NCBI GenBank assembly: GCA_002269645.1
Contig: NIVC01000829.1
Location: 62,001-126,000, forward strand
Source of the DNA: Macrostomum lignano
Taxonomy: Eukaryota
DNA length: 64,000 nt
Direction: 5' to 3'
A model generated the notes under the pieces. It had not been told where the DNA came from. It did not search any database and was given only the letters and a program-made list of their open reading frames with translations. Each line of letters opens with the position of its first letter. The stretch's first letter is position 1. Shown in pieces: positions 33,836 through 55,898 of this stretch. A program made the translations under genes and the position numbers.

Positions 33836-34857
33836 AACTGGGGAATGGGGTCAGGCACTGGGGAATCGGGTCAGGCACTGGGGAATGATGTCAGGCACTG
33901 GGGAATGGGGACAGGCACTGGGGAATGGGGTCAGGCACTGGGGAATGGGGTCAGGCACTGGGGAATGGGGTCAGGCACTGGGGAATGATGTCAGACACTG
34001 GGGAATGGGGACAGGCACTGGGGAATGGGTCAGACATTGGAGAATGGGGTCAAACACTGGGAAATGGGTTCAGGCACTCGGGAATGATGTCAGACACTGG
34101 GAAATGGGGTCAGACACTGGGAAATGGGGTCGAGCACTGGGGAATGGGGTCGAGCACTGAGAAATGGGGTCAGGCACTGGGAAATGGGGTCGAGCACTGG
34201 GAAATGGGGTCAGGCACTGGGAAATGGGGTCGAGCACTGGGAAATGGGGTCAGGCACTGGGAAATGGGGTCGAGCACTGGGAAATGGGGTCAGACACTGG
34301 GAAATGGGGTCAGACACTGGGAAATGGGGTCAGGCACTGGGAAATGGGGTCGAGCACTGGGAAATGGGGTCAGACACTGGGAAATGGGGTCAGGCACTGG
34401 GGAATGGGGTCGAGCACTGGGGAATGGGGTCAGGCACTGGGGAATGGGGTCAGGCACTGGGGAATGGGTCAGACATTGGAGAATGGGGTCAAACACTGGG
34501 AAATGGGTTCAGGCACTGGGGAATGATGTCAGACACTGGGAAATGGGGTCAGACACTGGGAAATGGGGTCAGGCACTGGGAAATGGGGTCGAGCACTGGG
34601 GAATGGGGTCAGACACTGGGAAATGGGGTCAGGCACTGGGAAATGGGGTCGAGCACTGGGAAATGGGGTCAGACACTGGGAAATGGGGTCAGACACTGGG
34701 AAATGGGGTCAGGCACTGGGAAATGGGGTCGAGCACTGGGGAATGGGGTCAGACACTGGGAAATGGGGTCAGGCACTGGGAAATGGGGTCGAGCACTGGG
34801 AAATGGGGTCAGGCACTGGGGAATTGGGTCAGGCACTGGGAAATGGGGTCAGACACT
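33836..34857. repeat. 20-bp minisatellite (GGCACTGGGAAATGGGGTCA)n
   Basis: Seen directly, between ZnT5 and TIPIN. Confidence 0.95.
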
Positions 34858-35494
34858 GAAGAATAGGGCTTAGACTAGTTTGCCACATTTATATAGTTTA
34901 GACAACTTAGTAAAGCTATCCTCATTTTTCAAGCAATGCAACAGGTAAAAAAAGACAAATTGCTGACAATTAAAAGTACATCTATCCAGTAAGCATTTTT
35001 ATTCCAAAGAGCAGATAAAACAGACAGGCCTGCAACTAACAAGCTAACATCAAATAAACGCATTAAATCAATTGTGAATATTTATATCAGACTGTCTATC
35101 CTAGAAGCAAATTAAATTACACTTAAGAATTTATAGCATGGCACAAAGTCGACACCAAACAAGTCAAGATTTAAATAAAATTGAACACCAGAAGACTAGC
35201 AAGTCAGGTATATGTTACGAGTATCTGAGTACTGAGTCCATCAAGTTAGACTTGGTACTTAAATTATGATTCAGGGCATACATTTTTGAGTTGCATATAA
35301 TCAGGCACTTAGAAGGAGTGGCAGGAGTTAACAGCCGCGTTGTGGATGGGTGCGATAAATCAGGTTGAACTCATACATATTCTCACAAAGGGGAGAGAGG
35401 AGAGGGAGTCGGATATGCTATGGAGTATGGATGAAAATATTTAAACTGGATAGAGAGCGATTGGAGACGGGGAATGGAGTGGGAGGGTGAGACA

Positions 35495-36030
35495 GGAGAG
35501 TATGAGAGAGGAGAGTGTGAGAGAGGAGAGTATGAGAGAGGAGAGTGTGAGAGAGGAGAGTGTGAGAGAGGAGAGTATGAGAGAGGAGAGTATGAGAGAG
35601 GAGAGTATGAGAGAGGAGAGTGTGAGAGAGGAGAGTGTGAGAGAGGAGAGTATGAGAGAGGAGAGTGTGAGAGAGGAGAGTGTGAGAGAGGAGAGTATGA
35701 GAGAGGAGAGTATGAGAGAGGAGAGTGTGAGAGAGGAGAGTATGAGAGAGGAGAGTGTGAGAGAGGAGAGTGTGAGAGAGGAGAGTATGAGAGAGGAGAG
35801 TGTGAGAGAGGAGAGTGTGAGAGAGGAGAGTATGAGAGAGGATAGTATGAGAGAGGAGAGTGTGAGAGAGGAGAGTATGAGAGAGGAGAGTATGAGAGAG
35901 GAGAGTGTGAGAGAGGAGAGTGTGAGAGAGGAGAGTGTGAGAGAGGAGAGTGTGAGAGAGGAGATTGTGAGAGAGGAGAGTGTGAGAGAGGAGAGTATGA
36001 GAGAGGAGAGTGTGAGAGAGGAGAGTGTGA
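35495..36030. repeat. 15-bp minisatellite (GAGAGAGGAGAGT[A/G]T)n
   Basis: Seen directly; two alternating unit variants. Confidence 0.95.
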
Positions 36031-36334
36031 GAGGGGAGTGAGAGGGGAGTATGAGAAGGGAGAATGAGAGGGGAGGCAGAGTGGGAAGAGTATAAAAGAC
36101 AGGTAAAAAGAAACCAATCAAAGAAATCAAACAATTCCAAAACAACAATATTACTCGCGCACAACACAAAATTGATACCAGAGGACCAATAAGGGGAAAC
36201 ACGCGGGGTTACAACCTACCGCATAATTCTACTTGTAGGTCCACAGGTGTCATTAGAAAAAGCATATGCACACAAACTAAGAGAAAATCACCCAAGTCCA
36301 GAAAGACAGGCACACAGCTCTCTCTCACACACAA

Positions 36335-42760
<6,426 letters not shown>

Positions 42761-44074
42761 CTGAAATTATTATATATGCATATTTTGAAAATTTTTATCT
42801 GCAAGGAGAAAATCATTTAAAAAAACAAGGTGTTAATTAGCACAGTAGAAGTAATTATATTAAACATGAAAGTATCAAAAACTTCCCTTATTTGACCTTT
42901 CAGAAATCTATATATACACATATATAATTAAATACCATATTTCAAGTTTATAGAATATATCGATTTAAATGGAATTCATAGAAAAATCAAAAATGACAAC
43001 AAATTTTTTGTTTCCAATTCCAAATTAAATTAAATACACAATTTTTGTTTATCTTTAACAACTAGGGCTTATAATGACTAGGCCCCTATATATCAAGGGT
43101 CTCTGGTCTCCTAATACAAAAGTCTAGAAATTAAAAAGGTTTATTAGCCTAGTTGTCCTTAGCTTTGCAAAAACTTTTTAGGCTATTTGCAGTTTTAATA
43201 AACTGAAACTAAAATAGCAAAAATTGCTAATTTGCAAAATAATTAAATTGCATAATTATTTTGCTTCAATTTATATATACCTTTAAAGATTATATTTAGA
43301 AACATTTTTGTATATCTTTAGTAGTCATATGCTAGACCTATGTAGCATGCATTATAGGTAGCAAAGGCTAGCAAGAATTTTTGATATGCCATTACACTTT
43401 TCTAAACTAGGCCTACTGTTAGCGCCATAATTATTAATAGGCCTACTACAGGCCTATGTGAATCTATGATTTATAACTTTTTGGTATATCCATCTCATCA
43501 TTTCCCTATATAACTATATTATCTAGTATTAGATTCCTTTCTATCTATCTCTTCTAAAATGTAGGCCTATTGACATACAATGTAGATAAAAATTCTTCTC
43601 TTATGTAGCATTTAAGCAAAAAATGTCACATAGCATACTTTATGTCTATAGAAAATACTTGTGCCAATTATGGGGTATTTCTTGACTATCCAATGACAAT
43701 CAATGTACTAAAAACCTAGAGTTATATATACTTGACTTTTATAAAAAATATTTAAAAAGTAAGTCATTTAGCTCATTAACTTTGAGGTGCTCTGGCTCTG
43801 GAGTCTAGGCAATCACTAGGGCTTAACCAGATACAGTGTGGGAAACACTGATGCCGATTCATTTTGCTGAACCCAGGATTCCTGGATGTAGCCTACATCA
43901 CACATATTTCAGGTATTTTTTCTATTTTTAGCAATAAAAATTAAGGACAAGGTGAACTAAATTTTTGAAAATTAACAAGTAGGCCTAGGCCTGAGGCAAT
44001 TATGTCGATTTCAGCAGCAGGTATATATGTAGGCCTAGGTTCCTGTTCCTCCAACAATATTTTCATTATTTTAC

Positions 44075-44338
44075 CATACATGCGCAACAGTCGGCCAACC
44101 AAGGTAAGTCGCAAAAATGCCTATCCCAAAAATAGACGTATTACTAATTAGATGACGAGGCATTTAGCCCTTATAAGACAGTCAATTTGCTCTTGTCGTT
44201 TACCCAAAATTGCGTTAATTTTGTTTTAGGGTTTCTTTCACAGGTAGCTAGGTGGCATTTTTGGCCAAAAACTACGTCGCATTTTTTGTTGAAACTAAGT
44301 CGCACGGCCGACCGAATTTTGGAGGTTGCGCATGTATG
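44075..44338. mobile_element. MITE of the same TIR family as 40930-41101
   Basis: Perfect 14-bp TIR CATACATGCGCAAC / GTTGCGCATGTATG. TTTTAC directly repeated on both flanks. Confidence 0.75.
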
Positions 44339-45890
44339 TTTTACAGTTTTAGGCATTTGTCCCACAGCCATATTTGTCACACCCAATTCCAAAATCTGAG
44401 CTACGCCTACGGTACTACCCTGTTTATTTACCTAACATATGCGTTGAATGAACTTCAAATAATGAAACTGTTTACCACTGCTACTGCTAATATAATCGTT
44501 CGTATCGTGTCGTGTCATATATATACGACGGCCGATAGTACAAGTCGTAGAAAAATGACATTTTAAATAGTTTAAAGTTTAAAACAAAGTTATTTTGAAA
44601 GAATTTAAAATTTTGCATATTTACGTAAAGTATTTCAAAGTTTGCTTAAAAAACAAAAACAAAAAACAAAGTTTTCCTATATTATAAATTAATTATTATT
44701 CTTTTTACAGATGTGAAGTAAATTACTGCTCCAAAAATAATGCATTTATAATACGTGATTTATAATAAATGCTTGTCCTTAGTACATGTACATATTTAGT
44801 GTTTTACCATGATTTTCAGAATTTTTTATAAGTAAAATCATTTACTTTGAATTTATAGTAGCTGGATATATTTATATGGTTTAGAACAATGCTGCTTTTC
44901 TCAATTTTCCGTCTGACCATTCATGAGGCTTAATTTGACTTGGGTTTGCGGGGGAGGGGTTAAATCAGTGAACAGCCGAACAGGTGCGGATCCAGAAAAT
45001 TTTGTACCTGTTATTACTAAGGTACATGTATATATACATGATGATGTGTTTTTTCATATAAAAAATAAAATGTGATCAAATCTCATGGGGCGCGTCCCCT
45101 TGTGTGGCGATCATGTCCATGAATTTAAAGTGAACAGAATACGCCAAAAACAAAATTTAACAGCAGAAAGTACGTCGTGCGTGATGACGCAACTTTTTTG
45201 CGTTAACATTTCCGAAGGCAGTTTTAAAAGTCAATGTAGTTTTGCTTGCTTTCGAATACTGTTACATGCACAAGGGGCCATTCTTAATTTATAAAGAATA
45301 TAAAATTTCTTCTGTACACTTAGTAATGACATGGTACATTAGCCTACTTTTACATATCCAGCTTTGTATAATGAATGTATCTGGGAGTGCTTAAGGGACG
45401 AACTAAAAATCAATAATTACATCAACTCTTCCCTCGTCAAACCAGGTTTAGCTAACTAGCAGGAGACATCAAATCTTATTAAACAAACTCCACAGATCGA
45501 GCATGTGATTTTATTGACATTAAAATCATTCTATAAACAAGGGTCGCTGTAAAGTGATTCTCAGTAAAATTTATTGCTGTATTATTGTGCATGTTTTATT
45601 GACAAGCAAGCATATATTAAAGACGAATAAAAGATTCAGGATTAGCTAGTTTTATAATATTAGAGCACTTATTGACTGATTAAAGAGATAACAACTTTTA
45701 GGAATACACAATCGTTATATCTGTGTAAATATATTTAGCTGTAGTCATCAACGCTAGCACGGTATGAATCAGTATTTATATTGCTGTTAGTTTTCCGTAG
45801 TTACGTAACATACACTTCAATGTTGTCAGTGTACTGAAAAAAATTTATTGACCAAATCAGTAGAAATAATACTGAGATTTTTAAAAAGCA

Positions 45891-48473
<2,583 letters not shown>

Positions 48474-48638
48474 CTGTGAATTCGGTAGGGTTAAGCTCAA
48501 TGACTATATAGTCAATTAGACAGACAAAGAAATTTTTTTCGAAAAAATACACCAAAGAGATAGAAACTTTTCATTTTTTAGCTCATAAGCTGTTATTTTT
48601 TCGATAGTAGGTAGACTCAATGATCATTTTTTTGATAT

Positions 48639-49676
48639 TGTGGCGGGTGCTTAATAATAACTGTATTCACGTTGCCTTCTTTACGCACAAATTTTGTTCC
48701 TGATAAAAACTTGACATCCATAAACGTAAAAATATTATTTTCTTAGTCATAGATATTCACATACCATTAATAATAGTAAATATGTTACTTAGTGGAATTT
48801 TTGTTTAAACATGTCCGCCATTTTTGCTGAAAAACATATAAATACAAGCGAAATAATTGACAGGAGACCATCTTCGGCCTCGTCTAGCACTCTCTGTTAG
48901 CTAGCAAAGGTTTTAATTGAGCATTGCCTGACTCACTGTTCTTTATTTAGGCGCTCAGCCCTCTCCCAAGGCCTGCTCAGCCGAAGCATACAGCCTCTCC
49001 CCCCCCCTCCCCAAGAAGGACCTGTTCAGCTATAAGCGTACAGCCTTTTCCCCCTTTCAACCCCGCAAACACGCGCAGTAATTACCTCACCCCCCCCTTC
49101 CCCAGTGAACAAGAGTTTCGTCCCTCTCTCTTCCCCTAACCCCAAACCCCAGAATTTGACCTGAAGTTCCGCCAACTCCCTATCCAGACCTACTGTTGCC
49201 CAGTTATTTGGTCGAACTCTAACTTCCGACTGACCCGGTATTCCGTTCCCCTACTTGGAAGTTTAACTATTAGAAATCTTAGCCCTCCCCTTTTCTCTTA
49301 ACAATTTCATTGAGCAGACTCTTCCCTATGAAGACATTCCCTATTAATTATTAGAAAATCCCACTGTGCGATAATCCACCAGGCAACTCTGATCCGCCGC
49401 GTAGCCCTCCCTCGGACAACTTTAATATATAGACAGTGTCTTGCCGCTCGGACACTCACGCCACCAGGAGCAACCATTGGCTTACTCCTATTAGTAATAA
49501 AACTAGCATATCTTTCAGAAATCCCAAGAATTCCATAACTTCCCCTCCCCCAAGACCCCTGTAACAGATCTTGGTAGCAACGTTGTGATTAAACCACAGG
49601 CGAAAGTTTACCCTGTAACAGAATTTGGTTGCAGCAGTGATAGGATTAGACAGAGAAGCCAAGAAGCCCTACAACA
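48639..49676 (+). repeat. 5' LTR
   Basis: Runs TGTGGCGGG...CTACAACA, with AATAAA at 49496-49501. Appears identical to the 3' LTR except for two C-run length differences. Confidence 0.97.
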
Positions 49677-49679
49677 AAT

Positions 49680-49698
49680 TGGTGGCAGCGGTGGGATT
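49680..49698 (+). promoter_or_regulatory. Primer-binding site complementary to the tRNA-Leu 3' end
   Basis: TGGTGGCAGCGGTGGGATT, 3 nt after the LTR, is complementary to ...AAUCCCACCGCUGCCACCA. Confidence 0.9.
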
Positions 49699-49762
49699 GG
49701 AATCTGGTGAAACGCGCACTCAAACCCCAGTATAATTTTCCATCCCCTATCCCCGAAATACA

Positions 49763-50731
49763 ATGGCCGCAGGAATCAATGAAGCCCTTGCGCTATTAGC
49801 TGAAGAGCTCCGCAACCGACTCGAATTAGGCCCCCTTAGACATGTGAAAATCCAGAAGTACCTTCCCAGCCAAGATATTAGAGTCTGGCTTACCGCATTT
49901 GACCAGAGATGTGAAAATGAAGGCATAGAAGAAGAAAACCGGAAGCAGGAACTGCTTACCAATCTAGACCTGAGTACTGCGTTTGCAGCAGTTCAACGCC
50001 TCAACCTCCCAGCTAATCTCCCCTATGAAGAGTTCAAAGAAAGACTAATCGAAAGATTTGGAAAAGTAGGTAGTTCCGCCGAATTTCGCGAAGAGTTTAG
50101 GAATCGCTGCCAAGGCAGAAATGAATCCACTGACAGCTTTGCCGATGCCCTGATAGAGTTAGCCTCCCGCGCATTCCTGAACATGGATGCTGAGCAGAGA
50201 GAGGAAGAACTGGTCGAACAGTTCATTAAAGGTGTGAGAACCCCTCCCGACACCCGTGAGAAGCTGATCTTTGCCCAACCGGCTAGTCTCCAAGCCGCCC
50301 GCAGAATGCTGCGCAGAATTGAAGCTGCTTATCAGATGTCCCACAAAGGAGGAATCCGAGTGACTAAGGAAGAAAAAGAGGAGTATAAAGGCAGAACTGA
50401 CCAGTTGATCATCAATCAGCAGAACCAGATTGATCGCCAAGAACGAGTCATCCAGGACTTAAAGAAGCAGCTAGCAGCGCAAAGCGCTCCGCCACCCCAA
50501 GCCTACCCCCAGCAACAGTATAGACAGCCACCCCCTCAGCAGTATAGACTGCCACCTCCTCAGCAGTACAGACCGCAACCCCAGCAGCAGTTCAGACAGC
50601 CACCCCAGCAGCTGATGAACCAACCGCCAAGACGTGAACCCCCAAGAAGAAATGAACGTCAGCCCCCTAACCCAAGATATGAGCCGCTGAAGTTCCGCAA
50701 CCCCCGTGACTCCCAGAAGTCGGGAAACTGA
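49763..50731 (+). CDS. gag: Gag
   Basis: 322-aa ORF after the PBS. Capsid-like segment (WLTAFDQRC...LIERFG...QGRNESTDSFADALIELASRAF) and a Q/P-rich end; no CCHC knuckle. Confidence 0.88.
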   Translation: MAAGINEALALLAEELRNRLELGPLRHVKIQKYLPSQDIRVWLTAFDQRCENEGIEEENRKQELLTNLDLSTAFAAVQRLNLPANLPYEEFKERLIERFGKVGSSAEFREEFRNRCQGRNESTDSFADALIELASRAFLNMDAEQREEELVEQFIKGVRTPPDTREKLIFAQPASLQAARRMLRRIEAAYQMSHKGGIRVTKEEKEEYKGRTDQLIINQQNQIDRQERVIQDLKKQLAAQSAPPPQAYPQQQYRQPPPQQYRLPPPQQYRPQPQQQFRQPPQQLMNQPPRREPPRRNERQPPNPRYEPLKFRNPRDSQKSGN

Positions 50732-53700
50732 GAAGCCAGGGTCGAGTTAAGAGGCCACGCCCCTCAGGCCAAAATTCTGCTTACTCTCCGGCCTCCCCAT
50801 CATTCGAAAATGCCCCCCAACCAAAATACCGGCAACCTCCCCAGTACGGTTTCCGTTATCCCCGCAAAACCTCCCATGTACAGCCAATGCCTGTGAATAA
50901 TGCGATATCTGTCTCCCCCAATAATTTTTCACTTCTTGCCTTTGACGAAATCGACGATGCCATGCCAAATGCCCCCCCTGACCCCCATGTGTACAATGAC
51001 CCCCATGCGACTACAGCTCACGCGACTGCTTCCCATGTAACCAATGCGATTTCTGCTCATCACGCGTCCGCACCCCATGTACCCACTGCGCTTGCACCCC
51101 ATGTATCCCATGCGATTAAAACCAATAATGCTTTATTCAGTGCTGAAACCCGCTCAAAGAAGCGACGAAAGCCAAAACCCAACTCCCCATCCCGAATCGA
51201 CCTGACTAAGCTAGAAGGTTATGAAGCTGTAATTGTCGGCGAAATCCAGAAAGAATCGATTGATTTCTTGCTAGACACAGGCGCCAGAAATAATTTCCTG
51301 AGCCGCTCAACCTGGTCTAAGCTATTCCGTGCCGATCAAATCCGAGACACTAGCAAAAGCATTAGTACATTTGACGGTACCCCAGTTCAATTAGAAGGAG
51401 AAGTATCCGCCCAAGTGAAGTTTGGCGATATCCAAATCGAAGTTGATTTCCTTCTATGCCGACATGATTGTGACAATATTCTAGGTATGGAATTTTTCCT
51501 ATCCCAATGCGAAAGCATTCAGCTAGCCAAAGGAATGCTAGTGCTTAATGAAGGTACCTGTATACCCATGCAGTATACCCGCCTCCCCGTGAAAGTTTGT
51601 CGAGTTTATACTCAAGAAAGAGTAATCATCCCAGCTAATAGTGCCCTTCGAATACCCGTGAAATTAGCCAAGAATTGTGAATCGAATTATGGCACTCCCA
51701 TGACCATTGAAGCCATTGGCGATACTGTCCGAACCCGTGATTTCTCATTAGAAATGGTTCCAACCCTAGTAACTATGAAAGAAGGCAAAGGAATTGTTGA
51801 AATTATTAACCGTCACCCAGTAGACGTGAATCTAACTAAAACTTCCCTAATTGGCCTAGCCAGACCCATGAAAGCTAAAGACCTAACCTATTGGCAAACC
51901 CAACCCCCCAGCTCCCAACCCCCTGTGAAAGTCAACCAGACTCAATGTACTGAAGATTCCTGGATTGATGAAGTGAGCCTTGGCCCTGAACTGTCGAATG
52001 AACAGCGAAAAGCAGTCATCGACTTGATGAAAGAAAACCGTGAAGCCTTTTCCCAGAATGAATTAGACATGGGCCTGACACACTTAGTAACCCACGAAAT
52101 CTCTATCAAAGACCCCACCCCCGTTAGAATCCCAGCTAGACGCATCCCCCCACACTTGCAAAAGCAAGTTGACGCCCAATTAGATGACATGCTAGCCAAA
52201 AACCTAATTAGACCCTGCTATTCAACCTACTCCACCCCCTAGTAATTGTCCCCAAGAAAGACGGTTCTATCAGAATTGTGAGCGATTTCCGAGTGCTCAA
52301 TTCAAGAGTTAATTACTACCCCTACCCCCTCCCCAATATTCAAGAGACCTTCTCCCACCTGACTGGTAGCCAATACTTTAGCAGCCTTGATTTAAACTCA
52401 GGATACTGGCAAGTCCCCATCAAAGAAGAAGATAAGCATCGAACCGCCTTCTCCACCCTAACTAGAGGCCAATTTGAATATCAAGTGATGGCCCAAGGAC
52501 TTTCCAATGCCCCTGGAACCTTCCAACGCCTAATGAATTTAGTACTATTAGGAATCCAACATAAGTTCGCCATGTCCTATATTGATGACATAATAACCTA
52601 CTCCCAAAATTTTGCCGACCATTTAGAGCACTTAAGAGAAGTGTTTAAGCGATTAATTGCCGCAGGTCTGAAGTTGAGACCCAAAAAGTGCAATCTTTTC
52701 CATCACGAGTTGAAATATCTAGGACACGTGATTGGCCGAAAAGGCATCAGAACAGATGAAGCCAAAATAGAAGCTATCAGAACTTGGCCCCGTCCCAAAG
52801 ACGTAAAAGAACTCCGCAGTTTTCTTGGCCTATGCAATTATTATTGCCGATTCGTGAAAAATTATGCCGAAGTGGCTCACCCCCTATTCCAATTAACTCG
52901 AAAAGGAGTCCAGAATTTCCAATCTAAGTGGAGCAAAGTGCATGACGAAGCCTTTGAGTCCCTGAAGCAGCGAATGATGTCCACTGAAGTGTTAGCCTAC
53001 CCCGAATATGTCGAAGACGAAAATGTGAAGATGGTGCTCGACACAGATGCCAGTGACGACAGGATTGGCGCATGCCTTGGCCAAATCCAGAGTGATGGCA
53101 TAGAGCGACCAATAGCCTATTTTAGTAGAGCAATGAAGGAATCAGAGAAGAGATACCCCATTACTCGGAAAGAATTGTTAGCCCTTGTCGACGCTATGAG
53201 GCATTTCAGATTTTATCTGATCGGCAAGAAATTCTTAGCCCGAACTGATCATAAAGCGATTATTTGGCTCATGAGACAGACAGAAGCAACCGGAATCCTA
53301 GGAAGATGGATAGAGCGCCTAAATGAATTCAGGTTCGACATTGAACACAGAAGCGGCGCAAAACATTCCAATGCCGACGGATTGTCGCGAAGACCAGCTG
53401 AGATAGCTGAAGCCCCTGAAATATCCCCTGAAGCAGCCCCCGAACTTGCTGAAACAGCACCTGAAGTCCCTGACGCAGCCACTGAGCCTGCTGAAGCGAT
53501 CCTTGAAACCCCTGAAGTATTTGAAGAAAATTTTAAGAAAATTGAGCCAATCCCTGAGAAAGTTGAGAAGTTAACCCCTGTTCCCCTGAGAGATGAGAGT
53601 GCTCCCGCTGAAACTAAGGACAACCCCATGTCCCAGTCACCTGAAGCTCTGACAGAAAGCGAGACCCAGCCTGAATATCCCGAATCTAGGATACAGCTGA

Positions 53701-55595
53701 ATGTCTCAGGTAGAGAAGTAGAAGTAGAAGAAGAGACAGGAAAGTGCGAGAAATTGTTAACTGATTATCTCCCCAGCCCCCTGAAGAAAGAACAAATCCA
53801 AGAAGCCCAAGCTGCTGACCCCATCATCAAAGCTCTGTTAGAAGCCAAGAAACAGAAGTTGAGCCAACCCCCCAAATCACCGGACGTGCCAGAAAAAATC
53901 AGCAAGCATTATGCACTGATGAAAATCGATAACGAATTATTAACAATTACTGAAGACGGAAAAGACAAAGTAGTTTTGCCCCCATCCCTAGATAAAGCAG
54001 TCTTTACCGACCTACACTGCAGCCCCCTCGCAGGACATCTAGGAAGAGATAAGACGCTCCAGAGAATCCGAGAAAGATTTTGGCGACCCGGACTGAGCAC
54101 TTCAGTTGAGCAATTAATTGCTAAGTGCATCCCCTGCCTTGAGAGCAAGAAAGGACACTTTGTTCAGGCCCCAGTCCAGTCATTCCCCATTGGCGAAGCA
54201 TTTAGCCGCCTGCATATAGATATCATCGGCCCAATCTCAAAAGAAAGTAAACGAGGTCATAAATATGTTTTAACAGTTGTTGATAGCACAACTAGATACC
54301 CCTTTGCTTTTCCCATTAGAAACCAAAAATCAGACACGGTTATCAAGATACTACTTGAACGAATAGTAGCAGAATATGGACAGCCAATGTGGATTCACAC
54401 AGATAATGGAAAAACTTTCGCTAATAAGCAATTTAAAGCTTTTTGCGAACTTTATAATATTCGCCACACCTTCACTACCCCCTACCATGCCCAATCTAAT
54501 GGACTAGTTGAACGTTTCAATAAGCAAGTCAAGTCAATCATCACCTGTCTGATCAATAAGGATCATGGTGATTGGGATTTACTAATTCCAGCAGCCCTAG
54601 TAGCAGTCCGCACCAGCCCCAATTCAACCACAGGTTTTTCCCCTCACTTCCTATTATTTGGCAGAGAAGCCACCTTACCTCTAGACACCCAGATCAGAAG
54701 TACAGCAGAACACGCTGACTATCCCGCCTACATTACTAAGCATGCCGAAAGATTAGAGGAAGCCCATAAGATAGTCAAGAAGAAGTTAGAAAAAGTAGTA
54801 GAGAAAAGACAGACCGCCGCTGAAACCAATAAGCTCCCCCCGAGAGTCCCCATAGGTTGTCTAGTTTTAATTAATAACCCCCAGTTAGATAGCGAAGAAT
54901 CCCACAAGTTCCACCGAAAGAAGAGATCCGCCTTTAGAGTTTTAGCCCAACTATCAGAAGTGGTTTTCAAAGTCCAGAAGGAAGAAGAAGGAGAATTAGT
55001 AGGAAGAGAAATGCTTGTGCATCGAGATAACTTAACTCCAGTCCCGAACTCAACCCCAGAACAAATCACTAAGGAAGGCCAGCGAGATACCCCTGATCTT
55101 GCCCCTAATTCAGCTCCCGTTCCCACTCCCGCTCCAATTCCCGCCTCTACTAAACCTAAGAGACAACCTGTAATTAAGGAAGGCCAACCCAGCCGAAATT
55201 CCCAAAAACTAACCTTGCCTGAACCAGTTGAATCTGAAGAAGAATCCGATGACGAAGAAATTAATTGGAAATGCCAAATTAGAGAAGCAGAGAATAAAGA
55301 GTTAGAAGAAGAAGATAATGAAATCCAGCCAGAAGAATGGAGTGAAGCCCAGACAGAGGAAGAGAATGAAATGACCGATGACTCAGAGAGTGAGGCCCCG
55401 AACGAAGAGATTCCTCAGCCCCAACCCCCCTCTCCTGCCCCCAAGCTCCAACCCCCCTCTGCCCCGCGAGATCCCGAACCCCCACGCCGTCATCCCTACA
55501 ATTTAAGGCCCCCACCCCAAAATAAACAGCGTTGCAACTGTCATCTAGACCGCCTACTATTAGCAATAAGATTCTTGCGCAACCTAGAGTTTTAA
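50710..55595 (+). CDS. pol: Pol (protease, RT, RNase H, integrase) in the -1 frame, with one apparent 1-nt deletion at 52235-52239
   Basis: FLLDTGA (PR); YIDDII (RT); LDTDASD and ELLALV (RH); H-x6-H...C-x2-C, LHIDIIGP, HTDNG and NGLVERFN (IN). Split between track ORFs 50887-52242 and 52278-55595. Confidence 0.92.
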
Positions 55596-55898
55596 GCCCG
55601 TCTACACCTTCCTACCCCACCCTCGCCGTCCCCATTCGCCCGACAGACCCCAAATTTTAGACAAAGAAAGCCCTCGACTAGACCCCTGCTATGCACAAAG
55701 AACCCCTCAATTTATCGATCCAGAGAAGAATGAGAGCACAAAGAACACAGAAATTGAGGTGGGTTACGAAAACAAAGAAGTATCAAATAACAGACTTAAA
55801 CGGATAGTAAATACAAAAGCTTTTGGTTGCACAACACTAACTGTCAACTCGACTTTTATCTTCCCGCTATCGATCCGAATTATACCTTGCAATCCGTC

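Noticed and set aside
33885-36202. Long ORFs in several frames (GNGVRHWEM, SHSPL, EYERG repeats)
   Set aside because: Translations of the 20-bp and 15-bp satellites, open in several frames at once.
49456-49662. Antisense 68-aa ORF duplicated at 57798-58004
   Set aside because: It is duplicated only because it lies in the LTR; short, with no sign of coding.
55250-55595. Chromodomain at the integrase C-terminus
   Set aside because: The region is acidic and Pro-rich and lacks the aromatic-cage pattern.
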